A stretch of 64,000 bases of DNA, taken from an uncultured Desulfarculus sp. (GTDB lineage: Bacteria > Desulfobacterota > Desulfarculia > Desulfarculales > Desulfarculaceae). Position numbers and translations under genes: made by a program. The notes beneath the pieces were generated by a model. That model did not search any database. It was given only the letters and a program-made list of their open reading frames with translations, and was not told where the DNA came from. Below, piece after piece: positions 49,066 through 57,468 of this stretch (its first letter is position 1; the number at the start of each line of letters is the position of its first letter). Location: assembly GCA_963665125.2 (NCBI GenBank), contig CAXXUK010000001.1, positions 256,001-320,000 on the forward strand, in the 5' to 3' direction.

Positions 49066-49464
49066 ATGGGCCGTGAAGTTACCGTCAATACATCAAGCGC
49101 ACCGGCGGCGGTGGGCCCCTATGCCCAGGCACGCCGGGCCGGTGATCTTTTGTTCGTCTCCGGCCAGTTGGGCCTGGCGCCCGCTACCGGCGAGATGGTC
49201 TCGGACGATGTGTCCGGCCAGGCCAAACAGGTCATGGCCAATCTGGAAGCAATCATCACCGCCGCCGGGTTGGGCTGGCGCAATGTGGTCAAGGCCACCA
49301 TCTTCCTCACCGACATGAACGACTTTGCCACGGTCAACGGGATCTACGCCGCCGCATTCGACGGCTTGGAATATCTGCCCGCCAGGGCCTGCGTGCAGGT
49401 TGCGGCCCTGCCCAAGGGCGGCAAGGTGGAGATCGAGGCGATCTGCCATTGCCCAGAAAGTTGA
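49066..49464 (+). CDS. ridA: RidA family enamine/imine deaminase
   Basis: APAAVGPYAQA, SGQL, FATVNGIY, PARACVQV, VEIEA. Confidence 0.92.
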   Translation: MGREVTVNTSSAPAAVGPYAQARRAGDLLFVSGQLGLAPATGEMVSDDVSGQAKQVMANLEAIITAAGLGWRNVVKATIFLTDMNDFATVNGIYAAAFDGLEYLPARACVQVAALPKGGKVEIEAICHCPES

Positions 49465-49738
49465 ATCCCGCAAAACTGACGCTTGAGACAGACTTTTTGG
49501 ACCTAAAAATTACCCCTAAACTGTTTATTTGTATTTCTGGTGCGGCTCCTGGGATGATTCCATGCCCCGAGTCTCCCCGGAAAGCGCATAATGCAGGAAA
49601 GAGCGGTATCAGCCGCATAGTCTTGGTTTAAGGAAGACACGGCCTGATGGGCTTTGGGGTCTGATGGACCAGGATGCCGTTCCCCGGAAGCAGCCACCAG
49701 GCGGATGCCCCAACCTTTATTTCCGGGGAGTGGGTTTC

Positions 49739-52700
49739 ATGCGGTTCATGCGGTTTGGCTTTAGGACAGCCGGCTTGTTGGCCCTTGCGCTGGCGTTGGT
49801 TTTCGTCGTTGATTCGGCCTCGGCCAATGAAAAAAGCCTGCCTTTCGTCGGCACGGAGCGGGTGATCGGCGACAGCCCGCCGCCCCAGGTGCTGTGGTCG
49901 CCCTGGATACCCGTTGGGTCCCAGGTGGGTACGCGTTCGTCCTTCGGCATCCGCCTCTCCGGACCCAGCCTGCGCATCCATTGCCCAGTTGAACTAAAGG
50001 TGACCTGGGACCCGGCCATGGCCAAGGGCGGGCGGGAGCTTGAGTTCAGGGTCAAGGCGGCGCCCACGGCCGCCAGCGGCTCTGAAAAGACCCTGGACAG
50101 CAACTTCGGGGTGGACCTGCCGACCAGGGTCCAGGCCGGCTTTTTGGGCATCACCGGCCTGCCCGACATCGTCCCCTGGTTTGATCTGCCCATAGACCTG
50201 TGGGCGACCTTTGGCTTTTTGCCCCCACCCTTCAACCAGATACCGGCCGCCGTCTCCAACGTATCGGTGAGCATGCAAGGCACCGACGCCCTGCCTTTGG
50301 GGCCAAGCGCTTCGGCCAAGTTCAGCGCCTCGCGCGCCCTTCTCACGGTGCCATTTTCCACGCTTTCCAGCGCAGGGCCTAAATCCAAGCTGGTGGAAAA
50401 ACTTAACAACGCGATCCCCCGCAAGAGCGACATCAAGGCCGCGCTCAAGGTCGTCTCTCTACTGGACTCCGACCAGATCGAGGAAAAGATCAACTCGGCC
50501 CTGGGCCAGGGAGTGAATCTGCTCAGCAACCTGGGCAGCTTCAAGATCATCGGCGAGCCCTATTGGAAGATCGCCAACGGCGAACTCCGTGTGGTGGTCG
50601 GCTACCGGGTGCCGGGCAAGTTCCTGGAAGGAACCGTGCCCATCACCTTCCCAGGAGCGGGCCTGCCCGGCGATGGCTCCCGGCTCGTGAAGTTGCGATT
50701 GCCTTATTTTCTGGACAACAGCGACACCCTGGAGGTCTTCCTCACCCGGGTGGAGTACCAGTTCGATCTTTATCAGGGCCTGGGCGGCAAGCTCAGCCTG
50801 TCCGGACCATCCGTGAACCTGCCCGCCTATGAAAAAAAGATCGGCCGCCTCACCGCCGCCAAGGAGTTCCCGGCGGATCCCCAAAGCGCCGGGCAGAAGA
50901 TCAGCCTGCCCCTGGCTCCGTCTGATCAACCCCTGGGCAACGTGTCGATTGTGACCGGCTCGGACACCGTGCGGTTGGCTTTCGCCACCAACCGGCCGGG
51001 CCGGGGGGGGCTCATTGTTTCCGATGCCGCCACTCACGCCGTGGTCAAACGTGTGGAAGGCCGCGCCGGTCAACGCTACCACTTCATTTGGGCCACCGGC
51101 CTGTCGCCCGACCACGCATATGTGGTGGACGGCTACTGCCTCACCGATGACGGCACGCCCCATGGCCTGGGCCAGACCTATTCGGTAACCACCACGTCCA
51201 GCCCAACCGGTTACACCGCCGTCTCGACCGTCGGCGAAAACGAATTCAGCAGCTATCCCACGGTGCAGGCAGGCCCGGATTGGTTGGAGTTTACCTGGGG
51301 CACCAACCACCCGACCACCACCGAGGTGCGCCTGGCACCCACCGACGACATCGCCCACGTGCATTTGCCGGCCAGCAAGCATGCCAACGGCACCTGGATA
51401 GGAGGTGTGGACAACGAGCCTCCGGACCTGGGGCCCAAGGAACAAACCACCAGCCACAGCATCCGTGTCACGGGACTGACCCCGGGCACCACCTACCTTT
51501 ACAGCGTGCATTCTGGCGTCTACAACGGAGCAGTGCAGGCCAGCAGCCTGCTGGGAACCCTGCGCTACAACGGCGCGGCCCAGACCACCGGCTCGCCTCC
51601 GGTCCCGATGCGCGTTTTCACCACCCTGACTCCCAGTCAGCATGTGGGCGGAGTATCGGTCTCGGTCTTTCGCACCTCGCCCGATTATCTTTTCCTGGGT
51701 TATTACACCACGGGCAATGACGGACGCACACCGCCCATCACTGTGCAACCCGGCGAGGTCTACCGCCTGGAGAGCCGGAACCACCCCTGCTACGAGGACA
51801 ATACGGTCAACTATACCGTGCCCACGGGCAACGCCACGCCCCAGGCCGAGGTGAGGGTCGCCTACCGGCCCACGGGAGGAGCCGTGCTCACCCCCACCGG
51901 CGCGGCGGTTTCCGGAGCCAAGGTACAGTTTATCGGAAGCGGCGGGACCCACTACACCTCCTCCGACGGCTCCTTCAATGTCAACGGGATTGCCCCCGGA
52001 TTGCACGATGCGGAGATTAGCAAGACGGGGTTCTTCACCACCCGGGCGCCCATCGCTTTCAACGCCTGCGGCCGCATGGAGCACCGCATCATAGCCCTGA
52101 GCCCCACTTCGGCCCAGCTCACGGTGCGGGTGAAGGGGACCAACCTTTCGACCAAGGCCTCCATTCCCCTGAGCGGCACCCAGGTGAAGCTGCTGCCCAC
52201 CTCGGGAGCCCATCAGGACCTGGGCGCCACCAACTCCGCCGGGGAAGTAACCACCACCATCGCCTTTAATACACCACAGGACCGCAAGTACACCATTCAG
52301 GTCCTCCCTGGCTACGACTCGCCATACTATGTGGCCAACAGCCCCCAGGTGACCCATCGCCCCGGTGTGGATCAGGTTGTGGAGGTCTTTCCTCCCTTGC
52401 GGCTGCCGCCCCTGATCGAAAACGTTAACCTTCAGACCATTCCCCAGGGAATCCGGCTTACCTTCCGGCTCAACGAAGCCCGCAACGGCGATGAATATGC
52501 GGGGCAGGGGGGAGCCGACTACCGCACCCCGGCCGGCCAGAACAAATCCCTGCCCTTTGCGGGGGGCATGATACGCAACCATGACAAGACCATCGCCGAG
52601 ACCGCCTGGGGATGCTATCAGGTGCAGGCTGCGGCCAAGGACCGCTTCAACCGGGTGGTCAAGGACGCCCCGCCTGTGGAGTTCCTGCGCTGGAGCGATA

Positions 52701-53971
52701 CGGCCTTCAACCTGCGGTCAAGCCAGGCCATAGGCCAAAGCGCCGTGGTGTCCTGGGACGCACTCAAGGGCTGTACCCGCTTCGCCAAATACGTCCTCAC
52801 CCTGGAAGGCCGCCCCGGCATCAGCCTGAACGACGCGGGCACCACCTCCCACACATTCCATGGCCTGGCGCCCCGCAAGACCTACAAGGTCACCCTTCGG
52901 GCCAAGGACTCCACGGGAAGCTGGCTCACACCTGCGGCAACAATCGACCTGGCCACGGCCTCACAGCCTCCGGTGATCAAACAATTCGCGACCAATCCCG
53001 GCGAGCCCCCCAGCAAGACTCCGGTCACGGTCAGCGCCCTGGTGACTGACGACGACAGCAACGAATTGACCCTTAGGCTCAAGTTGGACGGGCGGCGGAT
53101 CGCCCAACAGACCTTCAACACCAAGCGCGCGGAGTTCAGTCACGAATTCCAGGCGCCAAATCCCGGCGTCCATGTTCTTGTCCTCGAGGCTTCCGACGAG
53201 TCCAACACCCAGCGCAAGACCCTGAAATTAAGGGTGGTCCGGGCCCTGGAGCCGCCCAAAATCACGGCTCGGCTGATATCCGGCAAAATCCAGCCGGGAA
53301 AAACCTGCGAGTTGCATATCGCCCTGAAAAACGCCAAGAAAACAGCCAAGCCCGTGCAGGTGGTGGTTGCTTGGGGAGACGGGGAAAAGTACACCAAGAC
53401 CATGGGCCGGGCAAAGTGCACCTTGGTCCATCGCTACCAGAACGAAGGCAAGTACACGCTGGTCATAGCCCCACAGACAGGGACGGCGCCGCCTGGCGGC
53501 GGCCAAAGCGGAGCCCATGTCCTCACCGGCGAGCCCGTGACCTTGGAGGTGGAAGTGGCGCCGGTCCCGCCTCGGATGCGCCTGAGCTGCACCGGATCAA
53601 AAAACCGCAAGACCTGTGCGATGTCGGTGGTGCCCACTGGCGGCGGACGCCTGTCTCGTTGGCAACTGGAATTCGGGGACGGCTCGGCCCCATTCGGGGG
53701 GCAAGGCATGCCTCCGGCCGTACAGACCCATTGCTATCCCCAGACCTTGAGCAAAAAGTTGGGCGGGACCAGCCAGACGTATCGGGCGGTGCTCACGGTT
53801 TGGGACAATAAAAACCACGCCTTTGAAGAGATCGACGAAGTCAAGGTGTCGCCGGGAGCCAATGATGATTGCCTGGGTCAAACCCAATCGGGCGGTGGAG
53901 GCTTACGGACCCAGGAAGATGAAGGCAAGTTCAGGGAAAGGGGAAGCGACACCGGAAAACAGCGTAAATAG
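49739..53971 (+). CDS. Large secreted multidomain protein (FN3-like, carboxypeptidase-regulatory-like, Ig/PKD-like)
   Basis: Signal peptide from ATG 49739 (ASA site); GLSPDHAY, GLTPGTTY, GLAPRKTY FN3 motifs; GAKVQF..SSDGSF..GLHDAEISKTGF; WGDG/FGDG PKD motifs. Confidence 0.8.
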   Translation: MRFMRFGFRTAGLLALALALVFVVDSASANEKSLPFVGTERVIGDSPPPQVLWSPWIPVGSQVGTRSSFGIRLSGPSLRIHCPVELKVTWDPAMAKGGRELEFRVKAAPTAASGSEKTLDSNFGVDLPTRVQAGFLGITGLPDIVPWFDLPIDLWATFGFLPPPFNQIPAAVSNVSVSMQGTDALPLGPSASAKFSASRALLTVPFSTLSSAGPKSKLVEKLNNAIPRKSDIKAALKVVSLLDSDQIEEKINSALGQGVNLLSNLGSFKIIGEPYWKIANGELRVVVGYRVPGKFLEGTVPITFPGAGLPGDGSRLVKLRLPYFLDNSDTLEVFLTRVEYQFDLYQGLGGKLSLSGPSVNLPAYEKKIGRLTAAKEFPADPQSAGQKISLPLAPSDQPLGNVSIVTGSDTVRLAFATNRPGRGGLIVSDAATHAVVKRVEGRAGQRYHFIWATGLSPDHAYVVDGYCLTDDGTPHGLGQTYSVTTTSSPTGYTAVSTVGENEFSSYPTVQAGPDWLEFTWGTNHPTTTEVRLAPTDDIAHVHLPASKHANGTWIGGVDNEPPDLGPKEQTTSHSIRVTGLTPGTTYLYSVHSGVYNGAVQASSLLGTLRYNGAAQTTGSPPVPMRVFTTLTPSQHVGGVSVSVFRTSPDYLFLGYYTTGNDGRTPPITVQPGEVYRLESRNHPCYEDNTVNYTVPTGNATPQAEVRVAYRPTGGAVLTPTGAAVSGAKVQFIGSGGTHYTSSDGSFNVNGIAPGLHDAEISKTGFFTTRAPIAFNACGRMEHRIIALSPTSAQLTVRVKGTNLSTKASIPLSGTQVKLLPTSGAHQDLGATNSAGEVTTTIAFNTPQDRKYTIQVLPGYDSPYYVANSPQVTHRPGVDQVVEVFPPLRLPPLIENVNLQTIPQGIRLTFRLNEARNGDEYAGQGGADYRTPAGQNKSLPFAGGMIRNHDKTIAETAWGCYQVQAAAKDRFNRVVKDAPPVEFLRWSDTAFNLRSSQAIGQSAVVSWDALKGCTRFAKYVLTLEGRPGISLNDAGTTSHTFHGLAPRKTYKVTLRAKDSTGSWLTPAATIDLATASQPPVIKQFATNPGEPPSKTPVTVSALVTDDDSNELTLRLKLDGRRIAQQTFNTKRAEFSHEFQAPNPGVHVLVLEASDESNTQRKTLKLRVVRALEPPKITARLISGKIQPGKTCELHIALKNAKKTAKPVQVVVAWGDGEKYTKTMGRAKCTLVHRYQNEGKYTLVIAPQTGTAPPGGGQSGAHVLTGEPVTLEVEVAPVPPRMRLSCTGSKNRKTCAMSVVPTGGGRLSRWQLEFGDGSAPFGGQGMPPAVQTHCYPQTLSKKLGGTSQTYRAVLTVWDNKNHAFEEIDEVKVSPGANDDCLGQTQSGGGGLRTQEDEGKFRERGSDTGKQRK

Positions 53972-54061
53972 GCCGCTCACGGTGATACCGGGCATCGCGG
54001 AAGATGCAGTGTCTGGTGTGATTGCTTAAACTTGTTGGCCGCTTTCATCCGCGGGGCGAAT

Positions 54062-54301
54062 TCATTCGCCGGGCCGCGAGGTGGAGGCGGCCTTTTCCAG
54101 CCGGGCCTTCAGGTCCGCCAGGTCCAGCCTGTAACGCCGGGCGACTTGCTCCAGGGGGTCGAACAGGGCCTCGCAGCAGATGCAATGACCGGTCTCGGCC
54201 TCCAAGGCCTTGAAGACCGCTTCGGTGCTGCGATGTAGCTGGATTACCTCCAGCACCGTCATGGTTGGCGATATGCCGCCAAACTCGGCGGGGCCGCTCA
54301 C
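54062..54301 (-). CDS. Small Cys-motif protein (DUF1858/ScdA-N-like)
   Basis: MTVLEVI...TEAVF...CICCEALFDPLEQVARRYRLDL; GTGA overlap with the upstream gene. Confidence 0.7.
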   Translation of the reverse strand: MSGPAEFGGISPTMTVLEVIQLHRSTEAVFKALEAETGHCICCEALFDPLEQVARRYRLDLADLKARLEKAASTSRPGE

Positions 54302-55173
54302 GACCTTTTCTCCCGTAGGGTTGCCAAGGCCTTTTCCACCGCCGTCGGCAACTGGGCGATGATTTCGGAGATTTGGGTGGCGGGGGTTGGTTGGACCATG
54401 ACGCCGGCCAGCCGGTTGGCCAACGCCGCCGTCTTGGCGGCTTGACCGACTTCCATGCCGCTGGCGGTCAGGGCGGCGGCCACGCCGGTCAGGGTGTCGC
54501 CCGTGCCGCCGATGGCCTCCAGGGCCGGATGGGAGGGGCCCTCCAATGCCTCTATCTTCTGGGGGCCAGTGACCAGGTAGTCCTGCTTTCCTTTGACCAA
54601 AAGATGCCGGGCCGCGTTGCCGTGGGCATAGGCCTGGGCGATCTGCTGGGGCACTTGGCCCTCCTGGTGAAGGATGAAACCCTGGGTGTAAAAAGGATGC
54701 GGGGCCTTGTGGTCGGCCAAAAAGGCCAACTCGCCCGCGTCCGGAGTGAATAGATCATAGCTGGGGGCCTGGCCGCACATCTTGGCGGCGTACATGAAAC
54801 CGGCGTCGGCCACCAGCAGAGGCCGGGGGGACATCAGTTCCACCGCCATCAGCACCCTGCCATGCCCATCCACGTCGGGCTGCAGATAGTGGAAGACCAT
54901 CACCGTGAAATGCCGTTCCGGCAGGTGTTCGGCAAGATAGCCGTAAAGCCGGCGGCTGCCCTGGCCGGTGCCGATGTCGCCCACCAGATAGGCGAAGATC
55001 TCTTGGCCGCCGACCACCTCGGCCGCGGCCAAGGCGGCGGCCAAAAGTGCCGGCGTGCCGCGGTTGATCGGAAAGGAATGGTCCTCCACCAAAAGGTGCC
55101 CGTTATCCAGGCGAGCCAGGCCGTGCACCAGGCCAGCCTCTTGTTCGGGAACCGTGCCCACAACCGCTAGCAT
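54298..55173 (-). CDS. Carbohydrate kinase / NAD(P)HX-dehydratase-like (ribokinase fold) protein
   Basis: LVADAG, FTPDAGE, LLVKG, IGGTGDTLTG. Confidence 0.8.
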   Translation of the reverse strand: MLAVVGTVPEQEAGLVHGLARLDNGHLLVEDHSFPINRGTPALLAAALAAAEVVGGQEIFAYLVGDIGTGQGSRRLYGYLAEHLPERHFTVMVFHYLQPDVDGHGRVLMAVELMSPRPLLVADAGFMYAAKMCGQAPSYDLFTPDAGELAFLADHKAPHPFYTQGFILHQEGQVPQQIAQAYAHGNAARHLLVKGKQDYLVTGPQKIEALEGPSHPALEAIGGTGDTLTGVAAALTASGMEVGQAAKTAALANRLAGVMVQPTPATQISEIIAQLPTAVEKALATLREKRS

Positions 55174-55718
55174 CGCCGTTTGATCTCCTGATAGGCCAGC
55201 TCAAGGGCATAGCCGCAAAGGGTGTGCCCCAACTGGCGGGGGCTGGGAGCATCATTGAGCCGATGGCCGATGAGCTCCTGGGCCAGGTAGGGCACATCCG
55301 GGCATCCGCCGCCGGAGACGTTGACTATCATTGCCGTGGCCTTTTCAATCGTAAGCTTCATGTTGGCGGCCCTGACCATCAGGTATTCGCCAAAGTCCAC
55401 GGACTGGTAAATATCCACCGGCTCCAGCAGCGGACCAGTGACCGGAGCCACCTGAAGGGGCTCCAGTCCCTTGTCCTCCAGCAGGCGCAAAATGGCCAGT
55501 TCCTCGATCAAGGGGAACTCGATGACCAAGTCGCAACCGCTTCTGATCTCCGGGGGCGGGCCCTTGACCTGTATGGTCCAGCCGCGCTCCTTGAGCGTGT
55601 TTTCAGCGCGTATTACCTCGCTGGTGTTGGCGTAGACCAACAGGCCCCTGTCCTCGCCCGATATCTTACGATCCGGCTTGGTGACGAGTTTGTCCTTGAG
55701 CCGGTTTAACAGACCCAT
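55167..55718 (-). CDS. DUF3343-domain protein with C-terminal Cys motifs
   Basis: GLLVYANTSEVIRAE..L...PPPEIRSGCD; C-terminal GGGCPDVP and TLCG; start MGLL at 55718. Confidence 0.78.
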   Translation of the reverse strand: MGLLNRLKDKLVTKPDRKISGEDRGLLVYANTSEVIRAENTLKERGWTIQVKGPPPEIRSGCDLVIEFPLIEELAILRLLEDKGLEPLQVAPVTGPLLEPVDIYQSVDFGEYLMVRAANMKLTIEKATAMIVNVSGGGCPDVPYLAQELIGHRLNDAPSPRQLGHTLCGYALELAYQEIKRRC

Positions 55719-55720
55719 GT

Positions 55721-55939
55721 CTATGCTTTGGCGATGGTTAAACGAAAGCCGCCACCGTCTTCGGCAACTCCGCTGACATCCCAACCTTGCGAGCGCGCGG
55801 CCCGGCTGACGTTCTCCTTGGAGGTTTCGGTGTCCACCAGGACCTCAAGTGTTCCGCTTCCGACCCGCTTAATGGCGTCCAATGTCTCCATCACCGGCTG
55901 GGGGCAGGAAAGCCCCCTGGCGTCTACGGTCTCGCTCAT
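55721..55939 (-). CDS. TusA/SirA-family sulfurtransferase
   Basis: VDARGLSCPQPV, LEVLVD, SKENV. Confidence 0.9.
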   Translation of the reverse strand: MSETVDARGLSCPQPVMETLDAIKRVGSGTLEVLVDTETSKENVSRAARSQGWDVSGVAEDGGGFRLTIAKA

Positions 55940-55972
55940 GGTGATCAACTCCTTATATCTTGGAGGCTCCGC

Positions 55973-57067
55973 CTAGGCGGCAGCCTTCTTGCTCATGGTA
56001 AAACCGATAAAAAGGCATACGGCCAAACCGATGAAGGTGGCGGCCATGCCGTGAGGCCCGATGCCCTTGGGTGAACTGGCCAGGCCGAAGTTGTGGGCAA
56101 AGGCCGCGCCTACGATCATGCCCATGACGAAAACCGCCGCGTCGCCGTCACCCTCGCCGGCCAAAAACAGCTGACGTCCCGGGCAGCCGCCGGCCAAGGC
56201 AAAGGCCAAACCGGCCAGGGTCATGCCCAGGAAGTTCCATACCTGCTGGGTATGGGCCACGGGCTGACCCTCGAAGCCCGGGTGGAACTGGCCCACGAGC
56301 ATGTTGGTGCCAAAGGCGAAGACCACTAGGGCCGCCGCGCCGGAGAGCAGGTGCGTTTGTTTGAACAACAACAGGTCACGGAAGGCGCCCATGGTGCAGA
56401 AACGGCTGCGCTGGGCAAGCGCTCCCACGCCCAGGCCAACCAACAACGACACCACCAGTGGCGCGTGCATGGCGCCGGGTCCCTTCAAACTGTACCATAG
56501 CACGCCGCTCTTATCCTGGCCTTCGATCTGGGGGTAGATGAGCATCAGCGCCAGGAAGCCCACCATGGTAAGCGGCAGGAGCCAGCCCACGGCGGCGTGG
56601 GTCTGATGGCTGCGGCCCAGGTTGTAGCCCTTTTTCAGGAACAAGGTCCCAATCCAGATGCCGAACACCAGCCCGGCCAGGCCGAACAGGGCGCTGCCGT
56701 CGCCGCCGGCCAGCCGCAGCATGGCCCGCCAGGGGCAGCCCAAAAAGACCAGGGCTCCGATCATGGCGAAGACACCCAACACGAAACGAACGATGGGGGC
56801 CGAGCCTGTTCTTGCCCGGAACTCGCCGAAGGCCAGCGCCGCGACCAGCGCGCCGATTACAAAGCCGATGATCTCCGGGCGCATGTACTGCACCACCCCG
56901 GCGCGGTGAAGTCCCACCGCTCCGGCGATGTCGCGCTCAAAGCAGGCCACGCAAACGCCCATGTTGCCCGGGTTGCCCCAATATTGCAGTAAAGCGGCGA
57001 AAATTCCGATCAGGCCGCCTACCGTGATGATTCCCCATCTGGTTGCCAAATAATTTTTCACATTCAT
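55973..57067 (-). CDS. yedE: YedE-family putative selenium/sulfur transporter
   Basis: GNPGNMGVCVACFERD, FLGCPWR, QRSRFCTMG, GGCPGRQ; start MNVKN at 57067. Confidence 0.88.
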   Translation of the reverse strand: MNVKNYLATRWGIITVGGLIGIFAALLQYWGNPGNMGVCVACFERDIAGAVGLHRAGVVQYMRPEIIGFVIGALVAALAFGEFRARTGSAPIVRFVLGVFAMIGALVFLGCPWRAMLRLAGGDGSALFGLAGLVFGIWIGTLFLKKGYNLGRSHQTHAAVGWLLPLTMVGFLALMLIYPQIEGQDKSGVLWYSLKGPGAMHAPLVVSLLVGLGVGALAQRSRFCTMGAFRDLLLFKQTHLLSGAAALVVFAFGTNMLVGQFHPGFEGQPVAHTQQVWNFLGMTLAGLAFALAGGCPGRQLFLAGEGDGDAAVFVMGMIVGAAFAHNFGLASSPKGIGPHGMAATFIGLAVCLFIGFTMSKKAAA

Positions 57068-57468
57068 CCCTTTGCCCTCTTCCCTGTGAAAACGCCAGTA
57101 ACCACCTATGAAATGGAGGTTCTTCTTCCGCATACAAGACTACGAATTTCAAGCAATTACACAAATATGAAATTCCGATAATTGTAGGCCTTTGGTATTT
57201 GCAATACTGATCGAAATTGTCGCCGCGGGCAACGGTTTGATTTTACAATGCTTATGAATGGTGAAAGGCTGACCATCAGTCTCGATCGGCTGAATATCTA
57301 GTTTGGTTTGTTCCAGGCGGGTATTTGTAAGCCAGACGCTCGTAATGATCGGCGAAGGCTGGTTTCCCAAAGCCTGCCGTGTGTACCGTTGGCCAAGGTA
57401 AATGCTAGACTGTACCCAATCATCCACGCGCCGGTGTTGCCGGGGTCAACCGGGAGGGAGCGGCAGTC

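Noticed and set aside
50459..52582. 707-aa antisense ORF (also 24489-25820, 39460-40902, 47683-49011, 61414-62886)
   Set aside because: Shadow ORFs opposite well-supported genes in high-GC DNA, with no motifs.
54062..57067. Selenocysteine recoding in the YedE cluster or in the Cys-rich peptide
   Set aside because: No in-frame UGA at Cys-motif positions; the ORFs are complete and their stops fit normal gene ends.
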